Source: Patescibacteria group bacterium
GTDB lineage: Bacteria; Patescibacteriota; Patescibacteriia; Patescibacteriales; BM507
NCBI GenBank assembly: GCA_027858235.1
Contig: JAQIDC010000055.1
Span: forward strand, 29,826-93,825
Length of the DNA: 64,000 nt
Direction of reading: 5' to 3'
This document shows positions 27,801 to 34,390 of this stretch, piece by piece. The notes under the pieces are model-generated. The model saw only the letters and a list, made by a program, of their open reading frames with translations. It had not been told where the DNA came from and did not search any database. Position 1 is the first letter of the stretch; the number at the start of each line of letters is the position of its first letter. A program made the position numbers and the translations under genes.

Positions 27801-29872
27801 TGTTGCACCACCTGCGAATCTCCTTCTAGAGATTTTATTTTAAAACTACTTGGAATGAATTCTCTGAATTGTCCCTTAAAATCACTCTCGGGGGAGACTC
27901 TTATATTCATTTCGTAATCAGCAATAGGATATATTCTAGTAGGTCCAATTCTCTCTATTGCAAATTCAACATTACTTCTAACTTCTACGCTATCAGTAAT
28001 CTCATAAATTCCATTTTCTGTCTCTGCTGTAAGTCTTAACTCATACTCCCCTATTGCAGATAAACCATAATACGCAAAATAATCTGGGCTATCAATTACA
28101 TTGTCTGGTCCACAAAGTGGATTTCTTTTTAAAAGACCATTGTCAGTTCCAAGTCTTACAATTTCTCCACCAGGAGAAACTACCTCTAATAACAAATCGG
28201 CATCACAAATTGTATGCCCCTCATTGTCTAGAACTGCCATTTGAAAATAAGCCACTTCTTCAGACTCAAAGATTGATTTATTAATATTTAGAGCAAGTAC
28301 ACCCCAAGTAAAATCTTGGATATAACTTAAAATAAAATTCCCATCATTTACAAGTACTTCGATTGAATATTCCCCTGGCTCAAATTGACGAATATTATCA
28401 TCAATACTTATTTCAAACTGACCATTTTGCAGATATGTTACAATGGGTTTTAATTTATTTTTATTCTTTTGAGCATCTAGGAGATTGGCTTCAATCTTTA
28501 TGTCCTTATACTCATCAACAAAAATACCAGCTAAACCAGCTCCGAGTTTCTTAAATAATCCTTTTCTCGTTTTCTTATATTCAAATACATATTCTGGACT
28601 ATTGTCTTTTGTAAAATACTTAATATCATCTAGAGCATTTATTTCTCTGTCAATATTTTCATCTTCACTGGCTGGAATTAAGCTCTGATCTTCCTCTATC
28701 GAAGAGTCTTCATTTGCTTCTTCATAGTCAAGTTCAATCCAAAGAGCGTCAATAAATAGATTGGTTCTTCTACTTCCCCTATCCTCAAGTATTTTACCTT
28801 CATACCTTACTTTAATTTGCAGGTCCGAAAGATTATTTATCTCGTCAAGGATATATACTGGGAAAGTAAAATAATCTTCTTTATCTGAATTGGCGATTTT
28901 TTTATCTATATTCAAACTAGCAATAGTTTTCCAATCTAGTCCATCAAAAGAATATTCAAAAATGATTTTATCATCTTTAATATTACTGAAGGCCGCCAAA
29001 GATGTTTTTAGAGATACTTGATTTATAGAATCCCTAGAGTAATCCACCGGAAGAGAAAATCCTGAGACCAAAAGAGAATTATTTATAAAATTCTCATCTA
29101 TTGAAGTGGGAGCTTCGTCTTGTGCACGAGCAAAATTAAGCTCAAACGTTTTGAAGATAGATTTGAATCCTTTAAAAATAGAGCTGACCTCATCTATCTC
29201 ATCTTTAGTCTCTTCTTTCTCCTCCTTAACTTCGACTGGCTCTTTTTTGATAATGTCTTCACTACCAATCTCTATCACTTCCTCAACTGGCTCATCAGAA
29301 GATTCTTCTTTGGTACTTTCTTTGAGCAATTCTTCTTTATCAGATTCTTCAATTATTTCCTCAATATTCTCCTCCTCATCTTTCTCGGTCTCATCTTTGA
29401 AACTTGTCTCTTTTTCAACAACAAAATCATCCTCGCTCAATTCATCCTCCTTGTCTTGATTAGTTTCATCTAGATAATTTTCATCGTCAAAAATATTGTC
29501 TTCAAAATCAACATCTTCCTGGAACTCTTCTTCTGCTCCTAGAACTTCTCCTGTGTTAGTGTCATCTTCTTTGGTCGATGAAAAAGAAATAAAAGCAGAA
29601 TTTGTAGAGCTAAATTTATCAAAAGAATCCTCGAATGAAAGATCTTGAAACAAAATATTACTTGGTTTTTGCCAAGATAGTTCATGTTCATTAAACTCAG
29701 TATTAAATGTATCGGGAAAAATATTTATCTGTGTATTAAAAGCACTAGCCGTAAACAAATATTTATGTGAGTAATTTCCAAAAAACAACAAAAATAGAGC
29801 AAGGAAAACTAGCTTAAATACCAAAGATTTTGATTTTGATTTTCGAAGAATTCGCATGGGGACAAATATCAA
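15845..29872 (-). CDS. Giant surface protein (about 4670 aa): signal-anchor, acidic spacer, six FN3 domains interleaved with three other repeated module types, beta-propeller-like segment, C-terminal tip module
   Basis: A single uninterrupted 14-kb ORF. The track start at 29872 is TTG, and the ATG at 29857 (MRILRKSKSKSLVFKLVFLALFLLFF) is the more likely start. FN3 signature ...NFxxYKIFYKEGSSGV...YxFNIWAYDxxGNxASST occurs six times. See findings for the module map. Confidence 0.9.
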   Translation of the reverse strand: MIFVPMRILRKSKSKSLVFKLVFLALFLLFFGNYSHKYLFTASAFNTQINIFPDTFNTEFNEHELSWQKPSNILFQDLSFEDSFDKFSSTNSAFISFSSTKEDDTNTGEVLGAEEEFQEDVDFEDNIFDDENYLDETNQDKEDELSEDDFVVEKETSFKDETEKDEEENIEEIIEESDKEELLKESTKEESSDEPVEEVIEIGSEDIIKKEPVEVKEEKEETKDEIDEVSSIFKGFKSIFKTFELNFARAQDEAPTSIDENFINNSLLVSGFSLPVDYSRDSINQVSLKTSLAAFSNIKDDKIIFEYSFDGLDWKTIASLNIDKKIANSDKEDYFTFPVYILDEINNLSDLQIKVRYEGKILEDRGSRRTNLFIDALWIELDYEEANEDSSIEEDQSLIPASEDENIDREINALDDIKYFTKDNSPEYVFEYKKTRKGLFKKLGAGLAGIFVDEYKDIKIEANLLDAQKNKNKLKPIVTYLQNGQFEISIDDNIRQFEPGEYSIEVLVNDGNFILSYIQDFTWGVLALNINKSIFESEEVAYFQMAVLDNEGHTICDADLLLEVVSPGGEIVRLGTDNGLLKRNPLCGPDNVIDSPDYFAYYGLSAIGEYELRLTAETENGIYEITDSVEVRSNVEFAIERIGPTRIYPIADYEMNIRVSPESDFKGQFREFIPSSFKIKSLEGDSQVVQHENEKVIVWEVDWQSGGTYDLKYVFDAPDVSPEFFLLGPAQVANEKGSTIFFEARKWQIASDAVYEYDGGTSIGWINSANAWDSVDGTYAKRDIPRRNVDDSANYLEANANSVPSETYTINSVEIGIEAYAESADVSAYLVPRFSGSTSGSTQTLTGATMGTTDSGTTFYFDITNDAQAPGTWTWSDIQNLDVRIYGSNTNNGQPRELYVDQVRIQVDYSVPNDPPTGSFNSAAQKTDASGVVDVSIEIDDPDDDNVSAQIEYSAGACPFGTTADPTLSEVDGDTSADFGDPNVLNSNIYQIGNATAWIETASGTNSVLFDWDSQTDVSTGNGDYCLRLTANDGTVDQTTSAVQTVTVDNVNPTTPGALTNNSVDGTSVTLNFGAVSSDTNFDKYIIYYKEGSSGVVVTDESFTNTDMDLANYNGASTVNIPDLFPSTQYVFNIWAYDDYGNLVAAATEVTATTNAQLVPPISSVNSVAQKTDATGIVDISIEVDDGNDDDVRVRIDYESGSACTFGTPLDPTLDETSGNISADFDSVIIDNSSTYQVGTSTGWVTTASGSNSVLFDWDTKDDLTAADGIYCIQVTANDDNANQTISATSTLLIDNVSPDAPGALSLSTSTDTSVTLTFGATTTDSNFSHYKIFYKEGTSGVTESDSEHSDEDLLDLNFNGTLTTRVNDLEPETSYIFNIWAYDDYGNKASSTEVSYATQEAKPRKAKTVTYFAGINYGNGSTGDNSDTDNTFSTFNFLLGESDVEIKNAYIIFEAQFEAYTNNAGNYSGYNLAFDTCVEPCTADAFSGTNRILKDENTVLVYDETESNQIRLLYDVTSETQLAAYAGASANMEGQIGYRIERGGASNSISYASAKLVVTYVYDDSVTSNVTNTVYYPLDSDVAGHSGTRLSSQANGCTLNTDCPTFSYQMDIPEYGSSISDWFVGQIVNDHNNSTKSDDIDFDVNIETYNINSATVIHEVANAGSQSKPLSYYFGSVPGLTPNVAQSLEMHPNSSLAYNYFLMGGEVAMTYISSSTEATKTRTVSFPLGVTNNGASTALSNSSADVYFPENGASSGVVTIKDAWVRIVSSNYVAGGSSVTVSSQVGTNLQSGNYVYNYDPAPVAVNPTFDIYHIIPSSDYAELALANGVTPKTVTVNTTNSSASQAGVSAELMITYIYTDESNGYLSNINLYAGQSSENGNSQSSTSTVARIVAPEIVGTKTMLGGHLEPSYLISDSGGTVTGANASLDANISTTTPTCTNTYLTGVDSANAFSRFYKDVSSALLAVNSTQYTACYSNNGVGSGTGGAKMNGILSYTYQYAPPPPEFTQNDWRWYENIDSEIPLTSKALENTSISQVYLADTLRLRMNVAVSKEDLATSSKSFKLQFGKDADCTAVGTWTDVGDIGSGEAWEAYNNPSVSDGVSASSTLLASSTVIETYEEENPSAVVINHVAKGELAEWDWVLYDNNASSSANYCFRMVESDDTIFTNYNTDGYPKLTTSPANTAPTTPTDLGQFLDDEVTVINNQNWISENNVKLVAQATDPDVAETITLYYEVIDNTNFFTTSTSTPVGACVYGTAYESCPSYIWYVATSSPDFFRYDPYIGTTSVTAIPDGSYKWQVLSCDADGECSTWVVPGANPNFQIDTIPPTAPGSLTDISVTPTSITVGLGASTTEINFLEYKVFYKEGSSGVTELDLEYLNPSVLDYQNYNGTPSVDIGSLSAGTAYVINLWAYDKAGNSASSTIELATTTTSSFTIPTGSMVSTIQKLDGTGAVDILLQADDADNDNTLRAKIEYVAGAVCYFTTPNIATIDSRDAYTSADYGDPKVDNNLVYQVGSSTGWIWTAPGENYVAFDWLAKTDVPDVEGTYCIRSTINDGIADQSTPSTKLVLLDTVDPTAPGALTLNQKNSESIVLNFGAKTEENNFANYKIFYATTSPVSEDGDEQIDSNLLDIDFNFAATTTISGLTPGVTYYFNIWAYDNNGNNASSTELVVTTNYLPNTLVVGDQYWNDETTLITNGAWINNDDIYLSAWANDQDSSEILTIYFELIDSSGTFTTATTEPTGACVWGTDYTTCASNIWFTSTSTPGNYSVTSFYATTSITDIPDSSGGYKWQVFACDDDGGCVSDWSTYNTVIPNFKVDDTAPSPPGALVESSKNSSNITMTFGTSTDEINFTEYKIFYSTTTPVAETDAEHADTSLSFIDYNSVSITSISDLLSNTQYYINIWAYDEAGNKASSTEVAITTDPISSTPGVFFYTKNTQSLFYRYWDGSAWSTEQTGPTLGSASGDNIRHIDSIRSDDGAKILVVVKTWDGTNQEWWGTVYRYAADDFVNTSQLGSASAVATDADKLSACLGSLSESEFFVLRNNNSTNGTQVYSWNSSGWTTESNGPDPGEIMNGCRLERRPGTDNYVLMTFDNHYHRAAGHNYYGNVGSAYYYGGSTYANSWTTWTEHSGEEGELANYVGEAYFNPSDNTKGALNYSNSDTAASTKAKYFVVTNTTINYGTEATSPVTWAGAFVHGEFASNPESDGVAYYIGDDQNGEANVYEVDISTGAPVWSTPTNGDNISGSNAYSYTNNSQKPYDLVFYAADSAVALWNENTSATPKYRNLDASANSLDATDTAVPGSSAATWSRVRTGIDPNEDEFVAIYQNSTSDYSAVFWDGFNGRFYNSTDNPSSNQIWTSIATGITPSDYDDDATSFSFAKRNSAPSTPTLLVQYESDATTTIPNGDWSSTNEVYLEAAANDPDTSEVISLYIQLIANASSFELSTQEPGSACVWGTAFGSCASRIWFVASSSAGDYSVTKFSDKVSIPSVPDSATGYKWQVIACDDQAKCSNWVKYNLATPNFKVDATPPTAPGALTEQTKTSSSVILNFGAQTTELNFSEYKIFYSTTSPVSELNAEHTDANLSAINYSGASDTTIYSLEANTTYYINIWAYDLAGSRASSTQVTITTNQAPYLEQSSYIIENDDGATVNANTGASAIDTSLANINLGERFNGRLQLENTGGDVALNTTYQIQYENQTDSPGTWVNVGAETQVSYSQGLSGSNGNFISSAKAALNANTWINGSWHEGSDQTGVFTLGNGFYTEFVFALETSNALAGKTYRLRLYNLTGDKALDNYSSYLTFSTIATEIIKYSKISIASLPIASSDLTYYLDPNGYSDIASDNGVRDSITTSSEYPIYNFVTKHTNDTDAISVTWNGQSGIAGTDADVILQVYRFGSTNSWVTVSTNATSTVNTDFDITGSINSALTEHYNVSNQTFWRVYQDVASSTTFSSDYFNTSFSPADPNVKQIHYRFRNDDGSETTATWRELEDDGDPLTGIALEIGSTTRLRIEVANIGGGAASNYDYQIEYAYTTTGCSSDPGGWVTIPVGATTEEWEMAASSNFVDSDPTTAQLSNIEEYTFVAGTMVEDPSNSSGNISLIENRYTELEYSIRATVDAYTAGTYCFRVTNSGTDLDSYNIYPELTLAGISNTAPAFTVNPSDNNSATNTPTNFGEDVTFTATADDIETDDYYLAICQTDSIRSGNDGPPICRGGEWCVSDLASSTDEAFCAYTTATSTESLEWFAFVCDKYAGVGNAKCSLSSQGSGTASANDSPFVINHPPVFSAVITSDNNNDPGSSFTITSTSNDSDTLGGDDILSFYVCIGNTAGVAGCGGGPTDTICSYATTTDNVSCSFTDTAPTLQGDYTYNAFIFDSNGLASVDNFRTNTYTINNVAPVLGSLILNSGSAITLNMKGAGGTPINTVLASVTDQNGCDAGLIGASAAIYMSDVASGFNCTPNDSVCYQINPLSCSKTGCTGDDDPSASYTCSTTLEYFAAPTDDSENNPWSIYNWLSYISIYDGSSYAATSSSGVELNTTIALNVNEDIIDFGSNLFVGENSGTDNATTTIVNLGNSPIDTTLSGTDMFGNPSGTIPAKNIEWDLSNFTWSSGVDLLTIGTDVNTVTPNPINSSEISDQLFWGIGIPNGAYASVYNGQNDFSVKLDVDDWQLY

Positions 29873-29963
29873 GAAAAGATTAAATTTTTACGCTAAAATT
29901 AGCAGTTAAACTACTAAAAGATTCTAACTGTTTTTCGCAGTATTTTTATATATATTTAGAAAT

Positions 29964-29972
29964 ATTATACCA
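29964..29972 (-). promoter_or_regulatory. Extended -10 box TGGTATAAT (minus strand) for the giant gene
   Basis: Plus-strand ATTATACCA, about 90-110 nt upstream of the candidate starts. Confidence 0.4.
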
Positions 29973-30077
29973 CATTTACCTACTTATTTACAATAATTTT
30001 TTCTATTTTAGCGTATATAATTTATTAATTCATAAACTTTTTTATTTAGGAAATTAGATATATTATTATTTAAGAAA

Positions 30078-30114
30078 ACAAAAAATCTCCAATCATGAGG
30101 TTTGGAGATTTTTA
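30078..30114 (-). terminator. Bidirectional rho-independent terminator downstream of the pilin gene
   Basis: Stem ATCTCCAA (30085..30092) pairs with TTGGAGAT (30102..30109), flanked by an A-run and a T-run. It lies 25 nt past the stop at 30134. Confidence 0.65.
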
Positions 30115-30133
30115 TAATTTTTACTATCAATAT

Positions 30134-30655
30134 CTATCTACTTGCTTCAATCATTTGAACTTCAGAATTAGAACCGAGTTCCTCATAACATGATCCGACT
30201 GAAATTTGACCTGAATTAAATTTATATAAATAGTAACCAGTCATCGCAAAGGAAGCATCAGCTGAACCAGGATCAACAGGAACATCTGCTATATAACCCT
30301 CATCTATTAAGTCATATAATTCGACACAAGCATCCTGGAGAGTGACTGAAGGATTAGCACAGGCTGTATTACACCCCGTTGTCGCATCTCCTACTTGATA
30401 ATAAGTATTATCAGTCATTGCCATTATATTGGCGTGATAATCACCTTTATTGTCAACCTGATCCAACTTAATAGCAGAGAGTAAAGAACTTACATCGGAA
30501 GAGCGAACAGCGTTCCTTGAATCCTGAAACCGTGCCATTGGATTTAGGGCGACCATTACGATCCCTGCCAGAATTGCTAAAACAGCGATTACAATTAATA
30601 GCTCTACTAAAGTAAAACCATTTTTAATTTTTAATTTAAACTTCTCTTTTCCCAT
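30134..30655 (-). CDS. Type IV pilin-like protein (likely major pilin)
   Basis: Prepilin class-III leader MGKEKFKLKIKNG/FTLVELLIVIAVLAILAGIV with Glu at +5. 173 aa, Cys pairs in the C-terminal half, last gene of the pilus operon with its own terminator. Confidence 0.8.
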   Translation of the reverse strand: MGKEKFKLKIKNGFTLVELLIVIAVLAILAGIVMVALNPMARFQDSRNAVRSSDVSSLLSAIKLDQVDNKGDYHANIMAMTDNTYYQVGDATTGCNTACANPSVTLQDACVELYDLIDEGYIADVPVDPGSADASFAMTGYYLYKFNSGQISVGSCYEELGSNSEVQMIEASR

Positions 30656-30713
30656 ATTTTTATTATTTATAATAAACTACTCTAATTTTAACACAATTAT
30701 CACTTTTTTAAAA

Positions 30714-32549
30714 TTAATCAATAATATTTACAAAATAATCTGATATCCAAACCAAACTACCATCTTCTAAAATTAAATTTGCCCACGAGTCAAGCTCTCT
30801 TATAAAATCATATGTTTCTCCCTCAACAGCTTTTGCTACAACTGAAAAGTTTGTTCCAGGTCCTTTTCTAATATTAATTAGCTTGCCATTAGTATTTATA
30901 ATCAAGGCTCTTTTTTTTGTAACATCTTCAAGCTCATATATTTCAATATCATCATTGTGGCTTATTTCTACCTTAATTTTTGATTTATAGAGTGTTGGAA
31001 AAGCAGTGCTTTCGATTAAATCTTCTTTTATTATATTCATTTCATAGTCGACCGAACCTTTCAATTTGTCTGAAATTTTCTTTTTGATAATTTCATTCAA
31101 ATCGTTTTTATCTCCAATAAACCAATCTGTTTCTAGGGGGAAAATCAAAGATTCATTATTTAGAACATCGCCAAGGGGTTCTTCCCAATAAAATTCATTC
31201 TCTTTGCTTTCTATAGAAAGATTCTCTTTCGCTTTTTTTAGAATATCCTCCTTTGTGCTTGGTATATCAAAAGTCATTTTATATAATCTCCCTCCAATTT
31301 CATTTTCTCTTAAGATATCATCTGCAGCGAGATGAACATCATAATAATACGTAGTTTTATATAAATATTTTTGGGGCTCAATTTGAACAATATTGTCTGA
31401 TTCTTTGTTTGAAAAATAAAAATAATACGATGAAGACAGAATGAAAAAAGACAACAAAATTATAAGCAGGTATACAAAAATATATTTTTTAATACCCAAA
31501 TTTTTATAAAAAGAAAAATTAATTATATTAAGAGTCATCCTTCTCTTCTTAAAACAAAGGTCTTGACCATTAAATTCACCTCTTGCAAGAGCTAGGCTAG
31601 AACAATACAGGGGTTTTATTTTATATTCTTTTAACTGTTTAGTGGGAAGAATAAAATTAAACTCTAAATCGTCTATTTCTTTTTTTAAATACTTATCAAT
31701 CCCCTTTACGCCAGTCAATTCTCCAAACAAATATATTTCTTTTATTTCCCTCCCTGTTAATTCCTTAATATACAAAATACTTGACTCTAGTTCACTAAGT
31801 ATTGGGTATAAAAAATTTCTAAGTAAAGAACTTTTTTCATTTTTTTCAAAGATATCAATGTCATTAAAAGTATCCAAATCTAGTTCATTAAACAATTCGT
31901 AATCCAAATTAATTTTATAACTGTAAATAATCTGATTTTCTAAAAAAACAGATATACCAGTTTCGCTAAAATCGATACTGAGTATTAATATGTTGTTATT
32001 ATTTCTTTCTATAGTTTGATTTAGAGCGATATCTTTTGGTACAAAACAACTAATATTATATCCCATCTTTTTAAAAAATATATCCCAATCATTGACATAA
32101 GTTTTCTCGAGGGCAAGAGTATAAATTAAAACTTCACCTTTATTACTACCTTTAATATTTTCAATATCATGTATGTGCTTATATAATATTTGATATTTTT
32201 CAATTTTTTTTGGTAACTTTTTACTTAGCTTTTCAGCAATTGTCTTGTCAGAATTTTTATTCTCTAAATCTAGGGTTAACAAATGTGAATACAAATTGTC
32301 TTCTTGAACTCCAAAAATTATATTTCCTTTTTTCAACTTTCCATGTATACCAGCACCTAATAGCCCTTCAATTATTTTTTTCAACTTTACCTTATCTACA
32401 ATGTTTCCATTTTGAACAATCCCGCTTTCGATTCTACTTTTAGCAAAATTACTAACAACACCATGGCTAGCAGCAAAAGACATCTCAAGTATTTCAATCG
32501 AGTTGTCACTTATATTAATTCCTAATTTTCTTTTTTCAAATAGTTGCAT
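30714..32549 (-). CDS. PilM-like actin-fold protein fused to a TM segment, an extracytoplasmic region and a C-terminal SH3b-like domain
   Basis: 611 aa. The N-terminus KLGINISDNSIEILEM... is a PilM-like start. TM YIFVYLLIILLSFFILSSSYYFYF sits mid-protein. The C-terminus LINIRKGPGTNFSVVAKAVEGETYDFIRELDSWANLILEDGSLVWISDYF is typical of bacterial SH3. Confidence 0.6.
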   Translation of the reverse strand: MQLFEKRKLGINISDNSIEILEMSFAASHGVVSNFAKSRIESGIVQNGNIVDKVKLKKIIEGLLGAGIHGKLKKGNIIFGVQEDNLYSHLLTLDLENKNSDKTIAEKLSKKLPKKIEKYQILYKHIHDIENIKGSNKGEVLIYTLALEKTYVNDWDIFFKKMGYNISCFVPKDIALNQTIERNNNNILILSIDFSETGISVFLENQIIYSYKINLDYELFNELDLDTFNDIDIFEKNEKSSLLRNFLYPILSELESSILYIKELTGREIKEIYLFGELTGVKGIDKYLKKEIDDLEFNFILPTKQLKEYKIKPLYCSSLALARGEFNGQDLCFKKRRMTLNIINFSFYKNLGIKKYIFVYLLIILLSFFILSSSYYFYFSNKESDNIVQIEPQKYLYKTTYYYDVHLAADDILRENEIGGRLYKMTFDIPSTKEDILKKAKENLSIESKENEFYWEEPLGDVLNNESLIFPLETDWFIGDKNDLNEIIKKKISDKLKGSVDYEMNIIKEDLIESTAFPTLYKSKIKVEISHNDDIEIYELEDVTKKRALIINTNGKLINIRKGPGTNFSVVAKAVEGETYDFIRELDSWANLILEDGSLVWISDYFVNIID

Positions 32550-32927
32550 TTACTTAAGATTATATGAGATTATTTTTATCTCATCTGTATATGATATAAG
32601 GACTTCAATTTCTCTATAATAATTATTTATATTAGCTTTAATGTTTAATATTTTTAACCCAGAAACATTGTCTATATTTATTATACACAATCCTTCATTA
32701 AGGGACAAAGAAAAGTCTTCAAGTTCGAGAGAGTTATCACCCTGGATCCTTCCTAAAACATCTTCTAAACAAGAATCTGCTAGATACAAAGATTCTTTGC
32801 TCCCAATGTAATCACTTGACATTTCGAGGTCCCCAAGAGCCAGAAAACTGGCAGTTGTTGCCATTAGTAAAGAAGTAACCGAGATTATTACTACTAAAAA
32901 TATTGTGCTTAATCCCCTCTTATTCAT
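32550..32927 (-). CDS. Minor pilin-like protein (PilX-like, no Glu5)
   Basis: 125 aa. MNKRGLSTIFLVVIISVTSLLMATTASFLAL is an N-terminal hydrophobic helix. Abuts the neighbouring genes. Confidence 0.45.
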   Translation of the reverse strand: MNKRGLSTIFLVVIISVTSLLMATTASFLALGDLEMSSDYIGSKESLYLADSCLEDVLGRIQGDNSLELEDFSLSLNEGLCIINIDNVSGLKILNIKANINNYYREIEVLISYTDEIKIISYNLK

Positions 32928-32929
32928 AA

Positions 32930-33430
32930 TTATCGAGTGGTAAATGAATTATAATATTTCTTTGTATATTCAAACTCTTTTGAGGTTCCATTTCTGGCCT
33001 CGAGAGTAAATGATATCTTTATGTTTGTTTTATCAGAAACGCTCGCAAAAAATTCTAATTGATTTATGTCTATTCTATCCGATGTTAAAGCATATGAACT
33101 AGCTCCAATTTCTTCAACATAAAATTTCCTGTTATCAATATAGAACTTTAAATTAGGGTTAGCTTCTGGCATATCAAGAATCAAAGTAGAGCTTGCAATA
33201 TTTTCAGTAGGATAGATTATATTTTCTGAATTTATTATATTCTTTTCCAGAACACTAAAAATAAACCTAGATTCATTCTCAAGGTTAGAGATAACATTAT
33301 TTTTTATATTAACTACATTAATCATCAAAATATATGACACTAGGGCTGTGATTGAAACAGAAAAAACAGCAATGTATACTATCACTTCCACCAATGTAAT
33401 CCCTTTGTTGTTTTTAGGAGCCCTATTCAT
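32930..33430 (-). CDS. Minor pilin / pseudopilin
   Basis: 166 aa. MNRAPKNNKG/ITLVEVIVYIAVFSV is a prepilin-type N-terminus with Glu5. Confidence 0.6.
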   Translation of the reverse strand: MNRAPKNNKGITLVEVIVYIAVFSVSITALVSYILMINVVNIKNNVISNLENESRFIFSVLEKNIINSENIIYPTENIASSTLILDMPEANPNLKFYIDNRKFYVEEIGASSYALTSDRIDINQLEFFASVSDKTNIKISFTLEARNGTSKEFEYTKKYYNSFTTR

Positions 33431-34390
33431 TTATTTATAATATATTTTTATTTTTTCAAAAGAAGGTGTTTGAGATATCTCTCCTTCCATAATTACTTTA
33501 TATTTTATCCATTTATCTTCATTATGATTTATATTAATTAGCTCACCTTCTGAATTCTCAAAATAATCACTTTCATCTCCGTCTTCTCCCTCTGGCCCAG
33601 ACCAAGTATTTGACCAATTAACTGGTGTTCCTCCTGAATCACTAGCAGTTTTTATTTGCACTCTTATCTTGCAATCATTACAAGTTTCAGGAATATTTTC
33701 CTCCCACAAAAGACTAGAAAAAATTCCTAAGTCGACTGCTCCAAAGGCTGATGATTCAAGGCTTCCGTCTAGTGCAAAAGTGCTAGTGCTTATTTCTTCC
33801 AAACTCAAAGAGTTATCTGCTAGAATATTCAGCGACTGAAAATATTCATCACCATTAAGAAGTATTTCTTGTCCTGAATTTCCCAACCATGAATCTTGCT
33901 CCCATATTTTTGATTGCCAGTTAGTAAAAATAACACTATTGTTAACTGACAATGTCTTGAGATTGTCTTGCCAGGAGACTATTGAATCAAGGGCAAGAGA
34001 ATTAATATCTAGGATTGCGTTAGCATCCAGAGAATCTACAATATTCCCCAACTGATCTCTATATATAGGGCTAAAATCAATATATCTAATAAATTTTTCT
34101 AATCCCTCCCCTGTTCCTTCTCCAGCCAAAGACCATCCATTCTCAAAAACAAGAGCGCTTTTCATAAACCTAAGTTCATTCCAAGCATTACCCCTTATGC
34201 CTCTTGTCGCTTCTAACCCTTCTTGACTCAAATTGCTAGCAAATGAATAATCTGCCCCTTTTTGTAAAACTGAGATACTTCCCAGAATCATAGAGACAAG
34301 AGCAGAAGCAAAAATAACAAAAATTGCGACTGAAATAAGAACTTCAATCAAAATAAAACCACTAAATTTACTAATTTTTTTATTCATCAT
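33431..34390 (-). CDS. Minor pilin / pseudopilin (large, PilV/PilW-like)
   Basis: 319 aa. MMNKKISKFSG/FILIEVLISVAIFVIFASAL. The stop codon directly abuts the next gene's start codon. Confidence 0.6.
   Translation of the reverse strand: MMNKKISKFSGFILIEVLISVAIFVIFASALVSMILGSISVLQKGADYSFASNLSQEGLEATRGIRGNAWNELRFMKSALVFENGWSLAGEGTGEGLEKFIRYIDFSPIYRDQLGNIVDSLDANAILDINSLALDSIVSWQDNLKTLSVNNSVIFTNWQSKIWEQDSWLGNSGQEILLNGDEYFQSLNILADNSLSLEEISTSTFALDGSLESSAFGAVDLGIFSSLLWEENIPETCNDCKIRVQIKTASDSGGTPVNWSNTWSGPEGEDGDESDYFENSEGELININHNEDKWIKYKVIMEGEISQTPSFEKIKIYYK

Noticed and set aside
16488-28688. About 35 short ORFs (60-117 aa) on both strands inside the giant gene
   Set aside because: All overlap the uninterrupted 14-kb frame. 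Their translations are repetitive or odd (Q/L/H-rich), so they are shadow frames of a T/S/N/D-rich protein.
29106-29473. Two overlapping 117-aa Ser/Phe/Leu-rich plus-strand ORFs
   Set aside because: They are the antisense reading of the GAA/GAT-rich acidic spacer of the giant protein and are not independent genes.
29890-30014. 10-bp inverted repeat ACGCTAAAAT (29890..29899) / ATTTTAGCGT (30005..30014) upstream of the giant gene
   Set aside because: The arms fall on opposite sides of the predicted promoter box (29964..29972), so they would not be on one transcript. A single 10-bp match in AT-rich DNA is weak evidence.
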